Of a DNA stretch of 64,000 nt, positions 29,493 to 39,583 are shown in pieces. Below the pieces are notes generated by a model. That model saw nothing but the letters and a program-made list of their open reading frames with translations. It was not told the DNA's origin and searched no databases. Positions within the stretch are counted from its first letter, which is position 1, and every line of letters starts with the position of its first letter. A program made the translations under genes and the position numbers. This DNA is from an uncultured Sulfitobacter sp. (GTDB lineage Bacteria > Pseudomonadota > Alphaproteobacteria > Rhodobacterales > Rhodobacteraceae), in NCBI GenBank assembly GCA_964447345.1, contig CAYUSM010000001.1:194-64193 (forward strand), in the 5' to 3' direction.

Positions 29493-30515
29493 TCATCCAG
29501 AGAAATCAGTCAGGGCAGCCAGTTGCGCAGCGCCACGTTGAAGCTGTCCGGCGTAAGTCTCAACATCAATGTTAGCCCCGCAGACTACCACACCAACACG
29601 CTTGTCCCGCAGCCGTTCGCGCAAGGGGCCCAGCAGCCCTGCCATTGCCGCGCCGGCAGCCGGTTCGACCGCCAGCTTGGCGTCTTGTTGGAATACCACC
29701 ATGCCAACGCAAATCGCATCATCGGTGACTGTAACCACCTCATCCACGTAGGCCGCGCAAAGGGCATGGCCGAGGGGCAGCGCCATGGGCGGCGCAAGAC
29801 TGTCTGCGATGGTTTCCAGTTTATCGATAGACGACGGCGTGCCCAGTGACAGAGACTTTGACATTGCCGCTGCGCCCTTTGGCTCAACGCCCAGAACTTG
29901 GCACTTGGGATTGAGCTGTTTGACCGCAGCCGCAACTCCGCTGATCAGCCCCCCGCCGCCAATGGAGACAATCACCGCATCAAGACCGCTTATCTGTTCC
30001 ATCAGCTCAAGCCCGACACCAGAGGTCCCGAGCACCGTATCGACGCCATCAAAGGGATGGATGAACGTCCGACCCTCTTCCCGAGACAGTCTTTCAGCCT
30101 CGGCAAAGGTCTCAGCCCCGGGTGCTTTCAGCACAACCTCAGCGCCTTCGGCCTTTGCACGGGCAATTCGAAATGGGTTTGCATTGTTCTGCATCACAAC
30201 CTTGGCGGACATGCCCGCGTTCCGCGCGGCCCACGCTGCTGCAATCGCATGGTTGCCCGCACTTGCTGCCGTCACGCCAGCCGCGCGATTATCATCAGGT
30301 ATTGCCCGAGCGTTTGAGAGCGCACCCCTGGCCTTGAAGGTGCCTGTGTGTTGCAGGCATTCCAGTTTCAGCACAACTGATCCACCGCCGAGCGCCGCCC
30401 GCATCAAAGGGGTGTCAAGGCCGACAACGGGGGTTCTCAGAACCTGACTTTTCAGTTCCTCTGCTCGAGACCTGATTGCGCTCAGCGTGATCTCGCCGAT
30501 ATCAGCACTTGCCAT
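29493..30515 (-). CDS. Threonine/serine dehydratase family PLP enzyme
   Basis: LKLECLQHTGTFKARGA, ASAGNHA, IHPFD, GGGGLISG, VEPAAG, CGAN; start placed at MASADIG. Confidence 0.88.
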   Translation of the reverse strand: MASADIGEITLSAIRSRAEELKSQVLRTPVVGLDTPLMRAALGGGSVVLKLECLQHTGTFKARGALSNARAIPDDNRAAGVTAASAGNHAIAAAWAARNAGMSAKVVMQNNANPFRIARAKAEGAEVVLKAPGAETFAEAERLSREEGRTFIHPFDGVDTVLGTSGVGLELMEQISGLDAVIVSIGGGGLISGVAAAVKQLNPKCQVLGVEPKGAAAMSKSLSLGTPSSIDKLETIADSLAPPMALPLGHALCAAYVDEVVTVTDDAICVGMVVFQQDAKLAVEPAAGAAMAGLLGPLRERLRDKRVGVVVCGANIDVETYAGQLQRGAAQLAALTDFSG

Positions 30516-30720
30516 GATCCATTTCCCCCAGATATTCGCGATAGCTTCGGTACCATGCGGGTCTTTTGCGTCGCAAAAGTCAACAAAATTAGAAACTTGG
30601 CAAAAACCGGCGGAGGTCTTCCATTCCCTAGGGTATTGTCCCTTGCAAGTCGGTGGCACGGCGTCCTAACAGGACACATCATTTTGAGGCCATGCGGCAG
30701 CTTTTTGAGAAGGACGCGCA

Positions 30721-32175
30721 ATGACAACCTATGACATTACTCCAGTGATCCTTTGCGGTGGGTCAGGGACGCGTCTGTGGCCGGTATCGCGGAAAAGCTT
30801 CCCGAAACAATTCATTGATCTGATTGGGACGGGCAGCCTGTTCCAACAATCCAGCAAGCGGTTGTCTGGTAAGGGGTTTGCCGCCCCACTGATCGTGACC
30901 AACTCTGACTTCCGTTTTATTGCCACTCAGCAATTGCATGACGCGGGCATCACGCCCGGCGCGGTTTTGATTGAGCCTGAAGCGCGTAACACGGCGCCCG
31001 CGCTGCTGGCCGCTGCGCTTTTTGCGGCACAGACCGATCCCGATGCCCTTATGTTGGCGGCACCCTCGGACCATTATATCACGCAGGCAGATGCATTCTG
31101 TGAAAGCGTGCAGCGTGGCGTTCCAGCGGCCAACGCTGGCCAGATTGTCACCTTTGGCATCAAGCCTGACCGGCCAGAGACCGGGTATGGGTACCTTGAG
31201 CTTGGCGACAGCCCTGCCAACAACGCACTGCCGTTGAAACGTTTTGTCGAAAAGCCCGAGCTGGCCGAAGCGGAGCGCATGATCAGCGAAGGTGGCTATC
31301 TGTGGAACGCGGGTATTTTCATGTACGCCGCGCAAACACTGATCGACGCCTATGCAAGCCACGCTCCCGAGATGCTGAGCCATGTGCAGGCGGCAGTGGA
31401 TAAAGCACAGCCTGATTTGGGCTTCTTGCGTCTTGACCCGGCGGAGTGGGCCAAATGCGAAGACATCTCGGTTGATTTCGCCATCATGGAAAAGGTCGAT
31501 AACCTCAGTGTCATTGCACATGAAGGCGATTGGTCTGACCTGGGTGGCTGGAATGCCGTGCACCAGCACGCCGAACGTGACGCGCACGGCGTTGCGCTTC
31601 AGGGCAAGGCACATGCCGTTGAGTGCAAAGACACACTTCTGCGTTCTGAGAGCGGCGCGGTGCAACTGGTCGGCCTCGGCCTCGATAACATTGTGGCCGT
31701 TGCGATGCAGGACGCCGTACTGGTCGCGGACCGCAGCCGCACATCGACGCTTGGTGATGTCGTCAAGCAAATGCGCAAAGCAGAAGTGCCGCAGGCCGAC
31801 ACCTTCCCAAAGGATCACCGTCCCTGGGGGTTCTTCGAGACGCTGATCCTTTCTGACTCTTTTCAGGTGAAGCGCATCGTCGTGAACCCAGGCGCGGCAT
31901 TAAGCCTGCAGAGCCACAAGTATCGTTCCGAACATTGGATCGTAGTTGTTGGTACGGCAAAGGTAACGGTTGGCATGAACCAAGACGCGCTCGACGTGAA
32001 ATTGGTTCAGGCAAACGAGTCTGTCTACATTCCATTAGGTGCGATCCATCGGATGGAAAACCCCGGAGAGACACCAATGGAGTTGATCGAGGTGCAAACC
32101 GGCAGCTACCTCGGCGAAGATGACATCATCCGCTATGAAGACGTCTATGCCCGAGGTCAGGGCGCCAAGGGTTAG
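30721..32175 (+). CDS. manC: Mannose-1-phosphate guanylyltransferase/mannose-6-phosphate isomerase
   Basis: ILCGGSGTRLWPVSRKSFPKQF, EPEARNTAPA, FVEKP, WSDLG; C-terminal cupin RPWG...SLQSH...EHW. Confidence 0.95.
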   Translation: MTTYDITPVILCGGSGTRLWPVSRKSFPKQFIDLIGTGSLFQQSSKRLSGKGFAAPLIVTNSDFRFIATQQLHDAGITPGAVLIEPEARNTAPALLAAALFAAQTDPDALMLAAPSDHYITQADAFCESVQRGVPAANAGQIVTFGIKPDRPETGYGYLELGDSPANNALPLKRFVEKPELAEAERMISEGGYLWNAGIFMYAAQTLIDAYASHAPEMLSHVQAAVDKAQPDLGFLRLDPAEWAKCEDISVDFAIMEKVDNLSVIAHEGDWSDLGGWNAVHQHAERDAHGVALQGKAHAVECKDTLLRSESGAVQLVGLGLDNIVAVAMQDAVLVADRSRTSTLGDVVKQMRKAEVPQADTFPKDHRPWGFFETLILSDSFQVKRIVVNPGAALSLQSHKYRSEHWIVVVGTAKVTVGMNQDALDVKLVQANESVYIPLGAIHRMENPGETPMELIEVQTGSYLGEDDIIRYEDVYARGQGAKG

Positions 32176-32178
32176 CGG

Positions 32179-33051
32179 CTAGTCCAGCAAATCCTTCAGG
32201 TAGCTTCCGTATTCGTTCTTCTCGAACATCTCAGCGCGTTTCGAGAGATCAGTTTCGCTGATCCATCCTTGCTCGAAAGCGATCTCTTCCAGTGATCCCG
32301 TCTGTAGCCCTTGCCGCTGGGTGAGCGTCCGCACGAAGTTACCGGCGTCCAGAAGGCTTGCATGGGTGCCCGTGTCGAGCCAGGCATAGCCGCGCCCCAT
32401 GCGTTTGACCCGCAGACTGCCCTCAGCCAGATACATCTCAAGTAACGACGTAATCTCCAACTCGCCGCGTGCGGATGGCTTCACCTGTTTCGCACGGGCA
32501 GGTGCATCGGCATCCAGGAAATAGAGACCTGTCACCGCGTAGTTAGATGCAGGGTTTTCCGGCTTTTCAATGATTGTCTGTGCTGTACCCGTCTTGTCAA
32601 ATCCTACAACGCCATACCGCTCAGGGTCGGACACGTGGTAGCCGAATACAGTGCCACCAGATGTTTGCTGATCAGCGTCGGCCAGCAGCTCAGGCAAACC
32701 ATGTCCGAAAAAGATATTATCCCCAAGGACCATCGCAGATGGGGCTCCGTCGAGAAAACCCTCAGCGAGAATGTACGCCTGTGCCAGCCCGTCGGGGGAG
32801 GGCTGGACAATGTAGGTGATAGACACGCCCCATTGGCTGCCATCACCCAATGACCGTTGAAATTGTGCCTGATCCTGCGGCGTTGTGATCATGGCGATCT
32901 CTCTGATCCCGGCCAGCATCAGCACCGAAATCGGGTAATAAATCATCGGTTTGTCGTAAATCGGCAGCAATTGCTTACTGATGCCCATGGTGATCGGGTA
33001 AAGCCGCGTGCCGGATCCGCCAGCCAAAATGATGCCTTTGCGTTTCGTCAT
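32179..33051 (-). CDS. rmlA: Glucose-1-phosphate thymidylyltransferase
   Basis: [48 protein letters not shown]. Confidence 0.96.
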   Translation of the reverse strand: MTKRKGIILAGGSGTRLYPITMGISKQLLPIYDKPMIYYPISVLMLAGIREIAMITTPQDQAQFQRSLGDGSQWGVSITYIVQPSPDGLAQAYILAEGFLDGAPSAMVLGDNIFFGHGLPELLADADQQTSGGTVFGYHVSDPERYGVVGFDKTGTAQTIIEKPENPASNYAVTGLYFLDADAPARAKQVKPSARGELEITSLLEMYLAEGSLRVKRMGRGYAWLDTGTHASLLDAGNFVRTLTQRQGLQTGSLEEIAFEQGWISETDLSKRAEMFEKNEYGSYLKDLLD

Positions 33052-33899
33052 TTGGTGGCTCCCAAGTCTTTCAGAATGTCAGTGAGGCTCTTGCGCCAGT
33101 CGGGACGGTCGATGCCAAAGACTTCTTTGGTCGATGTGCAGTCTAGACGCGAGTTGAGCGGTCTGGCGGCGGGTGTCGGATAATCTGAAGACGGGATACT
33201 GCTGACCTCACAGCTCAAACCAGCCCTTGCAAAGATATCCCGTGCAAAGTCAGCCCAGGAACAGTCCGGCACGCCGGAGAAATGGTATGTACCTGTCTTG
33301 CCCGGGTCCGCGATCAACTGTAGCGCCATCGCATGGCAAGCCGCTGCAATGTCGCGTGCCGCCGTGGGGCCGCCGATCTGATCGTCAACTACGTTCAAGG
33401 CGTCTCGCTCAGCGCCCAAACGCAGCATGGTCTTGACGAAGTTGCTGCCATGCGCCGAGACCACCCATGATGTGCGCAAGATAGCATGGGCTCCTGACGC
33501 CGCACGCACCTTTCGCTCCCCTGCCAGCTTTGATCGGCCATAGGCCCCCAAGGGTGCAGTTGGATCGGTAGGTTTCCAAGCTTCCGTGCCGCCCCCTTCA
33601 AACACATAGTCCGTTGAAATGTGCACAAACGGAATGGCGAGCGAGGCGCAGGCCCGGGCCATCACACCCGGAGCATCGCCGTTGATCAGCGTGGCGAGCG
33701 CCTCTTCCTCTTCAGCTTTATCGACAGATGTATACGCTGCTGCATTTATCACAGCTGTGGGCGTATGGGTATGGATCGCCGACGAACACTGTTCCGGTGC
33801 GGTCAGATCCGCCTCTTCCCGTCCGATGCAGACAGTTTCCGGCAGCTTTGCCAGCTCTTGGGCAACTTGACCGGTTTTGCCAATGACCAGAATGGTCAC
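33048..33899 (-). CDS. rmlD: dTDP-4-dehydrorhamnose reductase
   Basis: [50 protein letters not shown]. Confidence 0.95.
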   Translation of the reverse strand: MTILVIGKTGQVAQELAKLPETVCIGREEADLTAPEQCSSAIHTHTPTAVINAAAYTSVDKAEEEEALATLINGDAPGVMARACASLAIPFVHISTDYVFEGGGTEAWKPTDPTAPLGAYGRSKLAGERKVRAASGAHAILRTSWVVSAHGSNFVKTMLRLGAERDALNVVDDQIGGPTAARDIAAACHAMALQLIADPGKTGTYHFSGVPDCSWADFARDIFARAGLSCEVSSIPSSDYPTPAARPLNSRLDCTSTKEVFGIDRPDWRKSLTDILKDLGATK

Positions 33900-34936
33900 G
33901 CCTTGACCCCCAGCCGCTTGCCAACACCGTCACGTTCCTGCAATGCGCGCCACCAGTCCTCATTTTCCAGGTACCAGGTGACTGTCCGCTCCAATCCTTC
34001 CTGCAGTGTCACCGACGGGCGCCATCCCAATTCGTTTCTGATCCGTGCGGGATCAATCGCGTAGCGCAGGTCGTGCCCCGCGCGATCCTGAACGAAAGTG
34101 ATCTGATCAGCATAGGGCGCATTCTTCGGTCGTTTCTCATCAAGGATGCCGCAAATCGTCCGAACCAGATCGATGTTGCGCGCTTCGTTCTCACCCCCGA
34201 TGTTGTAGCTGCGACCTATTACGCCATTCTGAAGGACCAGAAGCAACGCGTCGGCATGGTCCTCAACGAAAAGCCAATCGCGCACGTTTAGCCCTTCGCC
34301 ATAAACCGGGATATCCTTGCCCGCGAGAGCATTGAGGATAACGACCGGGATCAACTTTTCCGGGAAGTGGTAGGGGCCGTAGTTGTTCGAACAATTGGTC
34401 AGAACGACGGGAAGGCCGTAAGTCTCATGCCACGCGCGCACCAGATGATCGCTGGACGCCTTGGATGCTGAGTAAGGGGACCGGGGATCATAAGGGGTAT
34501 CCTCGGTAAACATCCCTTCGGCACCCAAAGACCCGTAAACCTCATCAGTCGAGATATGATGGAACCTGAAATCCTCGGGCCTATCGCGCGCGATCCAATA
34601 GCTTCGCGCAGCTTCAAGCATGTTGTAGGTGCCCGTTATGTTCGTCTCGATAAAGTCACCGGGACCGTCGATTGACCGATCCACATGGCTTTCCGCAGCC
34701 AAGTGCATGACGGCGTCGGGTTGATGCTTAGCAAAGACCGCGTCAAGAGCTGGACGGTCGCGGATATCGACCTGCTCAAAGGCGTAGAGCGGGCTACCGG
34801 CCACTTCAGCCACGTTCTCCAAGCAACCCGCGTAAGTCAGTGCATCGACGTTTGCCACAGCATGGCCACGGCTTACTGCCAATCGCACGACCGCAGATCC
34901 AATGAAGCCTGCACCACCAGTTACAAGTATCTTCAT
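33896..34936 (-). CDS. rmlB: dTDP-glucose 4,6-dehydratase
   Basis: [50 protein letters not shown]. Confidence 0.96.
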   Translation of the reverse strand: MKILVTGGAGFIGSAVVRLAVSRGHAVANVDALTYAGCLENVAEVAGSPLYAFEQVDIRDRPALDAVFAKHQPDAVMHLAAESHVDRSIDGPGDFIETNITGTYNMLEAARSYWIARDRPEDFRFHHISTDEVYGSLGAEGMFTEDTPYDPRSPYSASKASSDHLVRAWHETYGLPVVLTNCSNNYGPYHFPEKLIPVVILNALAGKDIPVYGEGLNVRDWLFVEDHADALLLVLQNGVIGRSYNIGGENEARNIDLVRTICGILDEKRPKNAPYADQITFVQDRAGHDLRYAIDPARIRNELGWRPSVTLQEGLERTVTWYLENEDWWRALQERDGVGKRLGVKA

Positions 34937-35502
34937 TGAATGCCCTCAACCGTAAAGGGGCTGTCGAAATCTGTCATACCCGTTGCCTTCTCATCCTTTT
35001 CGGACAGGACCGCAGGGCCACTCAACCCCCAGTCAATCCCGATGTCGGGATCATCAAAGCGGATGGCCCCGTCGCATTCCGGCGCATAATAATCGCTGCA
35101 CTTATAGATAATCTCGGTATCTGGTGCCCGGGTCGCAAAGCCATGCAAAAAGCCTTCGGGTATCAGCAACTGCAAACCGTTCTCCGCCGTCAGTTCGTAT
35201 CCGACCCACTGGCCAAAGGTCGCGCTGCCTTTGCGCACATCAACTGCGACGTCGAACAGCGCCCCGCGCCCACAACGCACCAGCTTGGCCTGCGCATGTG
35301 GGGGCGATTGGAAATGCAGACCACGCACGGTATTGACCGCTGCCGAAACGGAATGGTTGTCCTGCACGAAATCGATGTCGATCCCATGCTCTACCATCTT
35401 CCGCCGGTTCCAACTTTCCGAGAAAAACCCGCGCGCGTCTCCAAAACGCGGCGGGCTCAGCAATACCACTCCGGGTAGCTTTGTTTGCGTCACAAAATCC
35501 AC
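34933..35502 (-). CDS. rmlC: dTDP-4-dehydrorhamnose 3,5-epimerase
   Basis: [37 protein letters not shown]; start placed at GTG 35502 with a GGAG RBS (ORF is open to 35547). Confidence 0.93.
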   Translation of the reverse strand: MDFVTQTKLPGVVLLSPPRFGDARGFFSESWNRRKMVEHGIDIDFVQDNHSVSAAVNTVRGLHFQSPPHAQAKLVRCGRGALFDVAVDVRKGSATFGQWVGYELTAENGLQLLIPEGFLHGFATRAPDTEIIYKCSDYYAPECDGAIRFDDPDIGIDWGLSGPAVLSEKDEKATGMTDFDSPFTVEGIQ

Positions 35503-35643
35503 GGGCCTGCTCCGTCCCCTATCGGCGATCTCTTGGTAGGACACCAATACAGGGGAGGGAACAATTTAACGCCCGTTTCGGGACATTTTCTTGGTTTTCT
35601 TTAGCGGTGTTGCCGCCTTATCCGCGTGGTTCGCGCTGAAATT

Positions 35644-36636
35644 CTATTTGCCCAGCGTAGCCAGCGTGAATGTGCGGTCAGACCCCAGCCGGTTTTCAAT
35701 GAAGAGCTGCGGCGTGGCTCCTGACGCATCAATCGACAGATTGATCCCGCCTGCCGGGCCTGTGGTGCCGGTCAAAGCGCCGGTGAGATAGTTCAGCGTG
35801 CTGGCGGGGGTCGCAAACATCTCACCAAAGTTGTTTGCGCCTGCAAGTGTCCCGGTGATGGCCACCAGTGCAAAATATCCGTCAACGTCCGTTGTCAGCC
35901 ACATCATGATCCGCGCCGGGTCTGTCCAGGGAATGTCGATGGACCAAGCCGTATCATTCAGAATGTAGACATCCTGCCAGTACGATTGCCCGCTTGGAAA
36001 CTGGACGCCGCCGGTGCCCGCTTCCATCCGCAACGCTGTGTTGAAGTCACTGCCATTGGGGCTGACCTTAATGGCAAAGTCATCCGATCCTGCGGTCCCC
36101 ATCTCGGCCCTGCCTGAAAATGCTGTCTGGAACAACAAGCTGGTCGTGTTCCCCGACGCCGCCTTGTTGAGCTTGAGCTGGTGACCAGCGCCTGCGTGGT
36201 TGAGCAATGTCGCATCGGCTGAGACCGCCAGCTTGTTGGTGCTGTCGGCCGTCGTTCCAATGCCAACGCCCGGCAGGTTCTGCAGGTTCAACACACCCCC
36301 TGTGCCCTGCCATACAGTCCCGTCAAAGCGAACCTCTTCGCCGGTGCCCGCAATATCTGCACGCCAACCCAGCGCAGGCGCAAAAAACTGCCAGGTGCTG
36401 TCCACCCAAACTGCCACATTCTGCTCTTGCCCCGCCCAGGCACCCGTTGCTGCATCTGCAACGATATAGCGATCCCCCGCTGCCGGTTGCGCAGGAGGTG
36501 CGGCAAGCTGTGTGTCAATCACGCTCAACTGTGTCACAGCGTCAAGGATGCGCAGCGCCTCGTTATGGGTCACGTGCTTTTGTGCCTGGGCTGGCTGTAT
36601 GTAAGGCAGCGATAGGATGGGAGACGTCTGCGACAT
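35644..36636 (-). CDS. DUF2793 protein, gene-transfer-agent tail-fibre-like
   Basis: Diagnostic N-terminus LSLPYIQPAQAQKHVTHNEALRILD, then GDRYIV, W.F..P..GW, LLFQTAFSGRAEMG...F.IKVS.NG; variable C-terminal domain; GAGGA RBS. Confidence 0.85.
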   Translation of the reverse strand: MSQTSPILSLPYIQPAQAQKHVTHNEALRILDAVTQLSVIDTQLAAPPAQPAAGDRYIVADAATGAWAGQEQNVAVWVDSTWQFFAPALGWRADIAGTGEEVRFDGTVWQGTGGVLNLQNLPGVGIGTTADSTNKLAVSADATLLNHAGAGHQLKLNKAASGNTTSLLFQTAFSGRAEMGTAGSDDFAIKVSPNGSDFNTALRMEAGTGGVQFPSGQSYWQDVYILNDTAWSIDIPWTDPARIMMWLTTDVDGYFALVAITGTLAGANNFGEMFATPASTLNYLTGALTGTTGPAGGINLSIDASGATPQLFIENRLGSDRTFTLATLGK

Positions 36637-36851
36637 AAAAGGTCCTCTGCACCGTTAATGAAAGCCGAATGGGCCGGACCCTGCGGAATTTCGGTAAACA
36701 TGGCTTGAGCGCCCAGCGCGTACCAACGCAATTTGACGCAACGTTGATCGTTTAAAATTCGCGATATTCGCCCAGAAAGCGCCACTTTCCCGCCGGTGCC
36801 TTCCCCTCTTTGACAGTCATATCACCTGCCATCCAAAACGGGAGCGGGCAG

Positions 36852-39572
36852 ATGGTGAGAGCAACATTTTCAAGTCATGGGTCACTCTTCTCAACCGAGG
36901 AGTTCGGCCTTGTTGGACTGAACGACATCAAGATCATAGAAGGCGCGCGTGGTCCGATGCTGTTTGCCGCGACGCGTGGCGACGGATGGCTCAGCGCCTA
37001 TGACCTGGGCAATGACCCCGGCGCCACCTCGCTGGTTCAGCAATGGCGGCTGGCCCCCAATCTGCTGCAGCTTGAAACAACCGATCTGGTGTTGCGCGAC
37101 GATGGCGGGCCACAGCAACTATTCATGGCCGGTCTCAACGGGAGTGCGCTCTCAGGCGTGCGGCTTGACACTGACGGGCGCGGCAATGCCATCGACGGTG
37201 GACTTTCCTACACCGCATCAGGCCGCAATCTAAGCGGTCTGTCCGAGATGGAATTGATCAACGATGGCTCCACCGGTCTTGCAGCCCTGCGCAATGGCGG
37301 GTTGGTGAACGTCTCCTTTGGTGCTGGCACCACTCTGAACGTCTCCAACATCTATCAAGGTGCGGCGATGCAGGGTGAGCGGGCCAAGGACATTACGACA
37401 ACCACGCATGACGGGCAAACCTATGCCTTTGTGACCTACCAAGGCGCGGATACAGTCAGCATGTTCCGGCAGGGTTCAGACGGGCGGATGCAGCATGTCA
37501 GCGATGCAAGCTCCGGTGATGGCTTCTGGGTCGACCGTCCGGGTGCGTTGACGGTCACCACGGCTGCTGACGGTCAGCTCTATGTCGTTGTGGCAGGCTC
37601 TGGCAGCGACTCACTTACCACATTCTCCGTCACGCCCGCCGGAATGGTCCCTGTAGATCATCTGATCGACAGCCGTGACACGCGGTTTGCGGACGCGAGC
37701 CATGTCACCAGCGTCACGCTTGGTGATCAGAACTTCGTGCTCGCCGCAGGTTCTGACAGCGGGGTGAACCTCTTCACCGTCTTGCCGGGCGGTCGTCTTC
37801 AACATGTTGACGCCATGCCCGGATCGGCCGACGCGCCTTTGCGCGGGATCACATCGCTGGACGCGATGGCCACGCCTGATGGCATTCGCATGTGGGTCTC
37901 GACCGAAGCCGCGCCCTATCTGGCGGAGTTCTCCATCTCCATGCCGAACATCGGCATCAATCTAAGTGCGAGCGCGTCAGGCAGCGCCTTGCAAGGCAGT
38001 GTAGGTGACGATGTGCTTGCCGGCGCCAGCGGAGCAGATCAGCTGAACGGGGGGTTCGGCAACGATATTCTGCTAGATGGGGCCAACGCGGATTTCCTGC
38101 GTGGGGATGGGGGGCGTGATACTTTTGTGCTGGTGGAAGACGGCGCACGCGATGTCATCCGAGACTTCCAGCTGGGCTTTGACCGGATCGACCTCACTGA
38201 CTTCAGCCAGATCAGCGGCTTGGGTGGGATGACCTTCACCTCACGCAGCTGGGGTGGGGAATTCCGCATTGGCTCAGAAGTGCTTGAGGTGCGTACGGCC
38301 GATGGCCGCAGCCTGCGCGAGCAGGACTTTGACAGCACAAACCTGATCGTCGGGAACCGCATTCAGACAGATCCGGCGCTTTATCCCGGCGGCACGGGCG
38401 ACCCGCGCCCTGATCCAAATCCCGGATCAACCGCAAATCCCGCAGGGGTAAACCCTGCTGATCTTGCACCCGAATGGCGCGCTGAACCCAGCTTTGCACT
38501 GAACCGCTCCAACGGCGACTACGTGGGGACAAACGACGGAGATATCATCTTGTCCGGTGGGCAGAATGATCGTCTGTTTGGCGGCCTTGGCAACGATACA
38601 ATCCAGTCCGGTGGCGGGGCGGACCGGGTCAACGGCGAAGGGGGCAATGACAGCATTGACGGCGGTGGCGAAAACGATCTGCTGATGGGGGCGGCCGGTT
38701 TCGATACGATCAACGGCGGGGATGGCCATGATACAATCTCTGGCGATACCTTCGCTGATTCACTGACAGGGGGCGGCGGCAACGACATCTTGCTGGGCGG
38801 CGACGGGTTCGATCAGATCGACGGTGGCGCGGGCAATGATCGCGTTTGGGCGGGTTCTTCGCCCGACCGTGTGTTCGGCGGTGATGGCGACGACTGGTTG
38901 AGCGCTGGGAGTAATTTCGGGTTCAGCGTGGACGGGGTCTTTGGCGAAGGCGGAAATGACACACTCTTTGGGAACGCAGGCTTTGATCTGTTGAATGGGG
39001 GAGATGGGGATGACGTCCTTGATGGCGGACACCAGTCCGACAACCTCTATGGCGAAGATGGCAATGACATCCTCTTGGGAGATCTCGGATTCGACCGCCT
39101 GTTTGGTGGGCGCGGCAATGACCAGCTTTATGGGGGTGAGGCGGGCGACGGGCTCTTCGGTCAGGAAGGCGATGATACCATGTGGGGCGGCGAGGGTGAT
39201 GACCGTTTCTTTGGCGGGCAAGGCAACGATATCATCGACGGCGGCACCGGGAATGACACGGTTTACGCCGACGCGGGTTTTGACACCGTGATTGGCGGCG
39301 AAGGTGATGATTTGCTCTTTGGCAGCTTCAATGCGGATGAGTTCGTTTTTGAAGGCAACCACGGAAATGACACCATAGGTGACTTCGACGCCTTCAACGC
39401 AAACGAGGTTCTGGATTTCTCCAATCTGGTCGGTTTCTCGAGGTTTAGTGATGTGGTGAATGCAGCAACGCAATCCGGTCAGGATGTTGTGATCAACACA
39501 GGTGGCGGAAACTCGATCCGGCTGAGGAATGTCAACCTTGAGGACCTCGACGAAAACGATTTCGTCTTCTGA
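36852..39572 (+). CDS. RTX-repeat Ca2+-binding secreted protein with N-terminal beta-propeller-like domain
   Basis: Numerous GGxGxDxxx nonapeptides; a Pro-rich linker; T1SS-type C-terminus (DLDENDFVF); no Sec signal; GGGAG RBS before ATG 36852. Confidence 0.88.
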   Translation: MVRATFSSHGSLFSTEEFGLVGLNDIKIIEGARGPMLFAATRGDGWLSAYDLGNDPGATSLVQQWRLAPNLLQLETTDLVLRDDGGPQQLFMAGLNGSALSGVRLDTDGRGNAIDGGLSYTASGRNLSGLSEMELINDGSTGLAALRNGGLVNVSFGAGTTLNVSNIYQGAAMQGERAKDITTTTHDGQTYAFVTYQGADTVSMFRQGSDGRMQHVSDASSGDGFWVDRPGALTVTTAADGQLYVVVAGSGSDSLTTFSVTPAGMVPVDHLIDSRDTRFADASHVTSVTLGDQNFVLAAGSDSGVNLFTVLPGGRLQHVDAMPGSADAPLRGITSLDAMATPDGIRMWVSTEAAPYLAEFSISMPNIGINLSASASGSALQGSVGDDVLAGASGADQLNGGFGNDILLDGANADFLRGDGGRDTFVLVEDGARDVIRDFQLGFDRIDLTDFSQISGLGGMTFTSRSWGGEFRIGSEVLEVRTADGRSLREQDFDSTNLIVGNRIQTDPALYPGGTGDPRPDPNPGSTANPAGVNPADLAPEWRAEPSFALNRSNGDYVGTNDGDIILSGGQNDRLFGGLGNDTIQSGGGADRVNGEGGNDSIDGGGENDLLMGAAGFDTINGGDGHDTISGDTFADSLTGGGGNDILLGGDGFDQIDGGAGNDRVWAGSSPDRVFGGDGDDWLSAGSNFGFSVDGVFGEGGNDTLFGNAGFDLLNGGDGDDVLDGGHQSDNLYGEDGNDILLGDLGFDRLFGGRGNDQLYGGEAGDGLFGQEGDDTMWGGEGDDRFFGGQGNDIIDGGTGNDTVYADAGFDTVIGGEGDDLLFGSFNADEFVFEGNHGNDTIGDFDAFNANEVLDFSNLVGFSRFSDVVNAATQSGQDVVINTGGGNSIRLRNVNLEDLDENDFVF
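38510..39400 (+). repeat. Coding tandem RTX nonapeptide repeats (27-nt period, degenerate)
   Basis: Repeated GGxGND/GxxGFD units in the translation; boundaries approximate. Confidence 0.8.
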
Positions 39573-39583
39573 GCATCGCTTTG

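Noticed and set aside
30763-31818. 351-aa minus-strand ORF
   Set aside because: Antisense shadow of manC.
35644-36636. Prophage remnant around DUF2793
   Set aside because: No integrase, capsid, terminase or att-like repeats; the gene is intact and isolated.
38510-39400. Periodic DNA as a CRISPR array or VNTR
   Set aside because: The repeats are degenerate, in-frame RTX codons, with no identical repeats or unique spacers and no cas genes.
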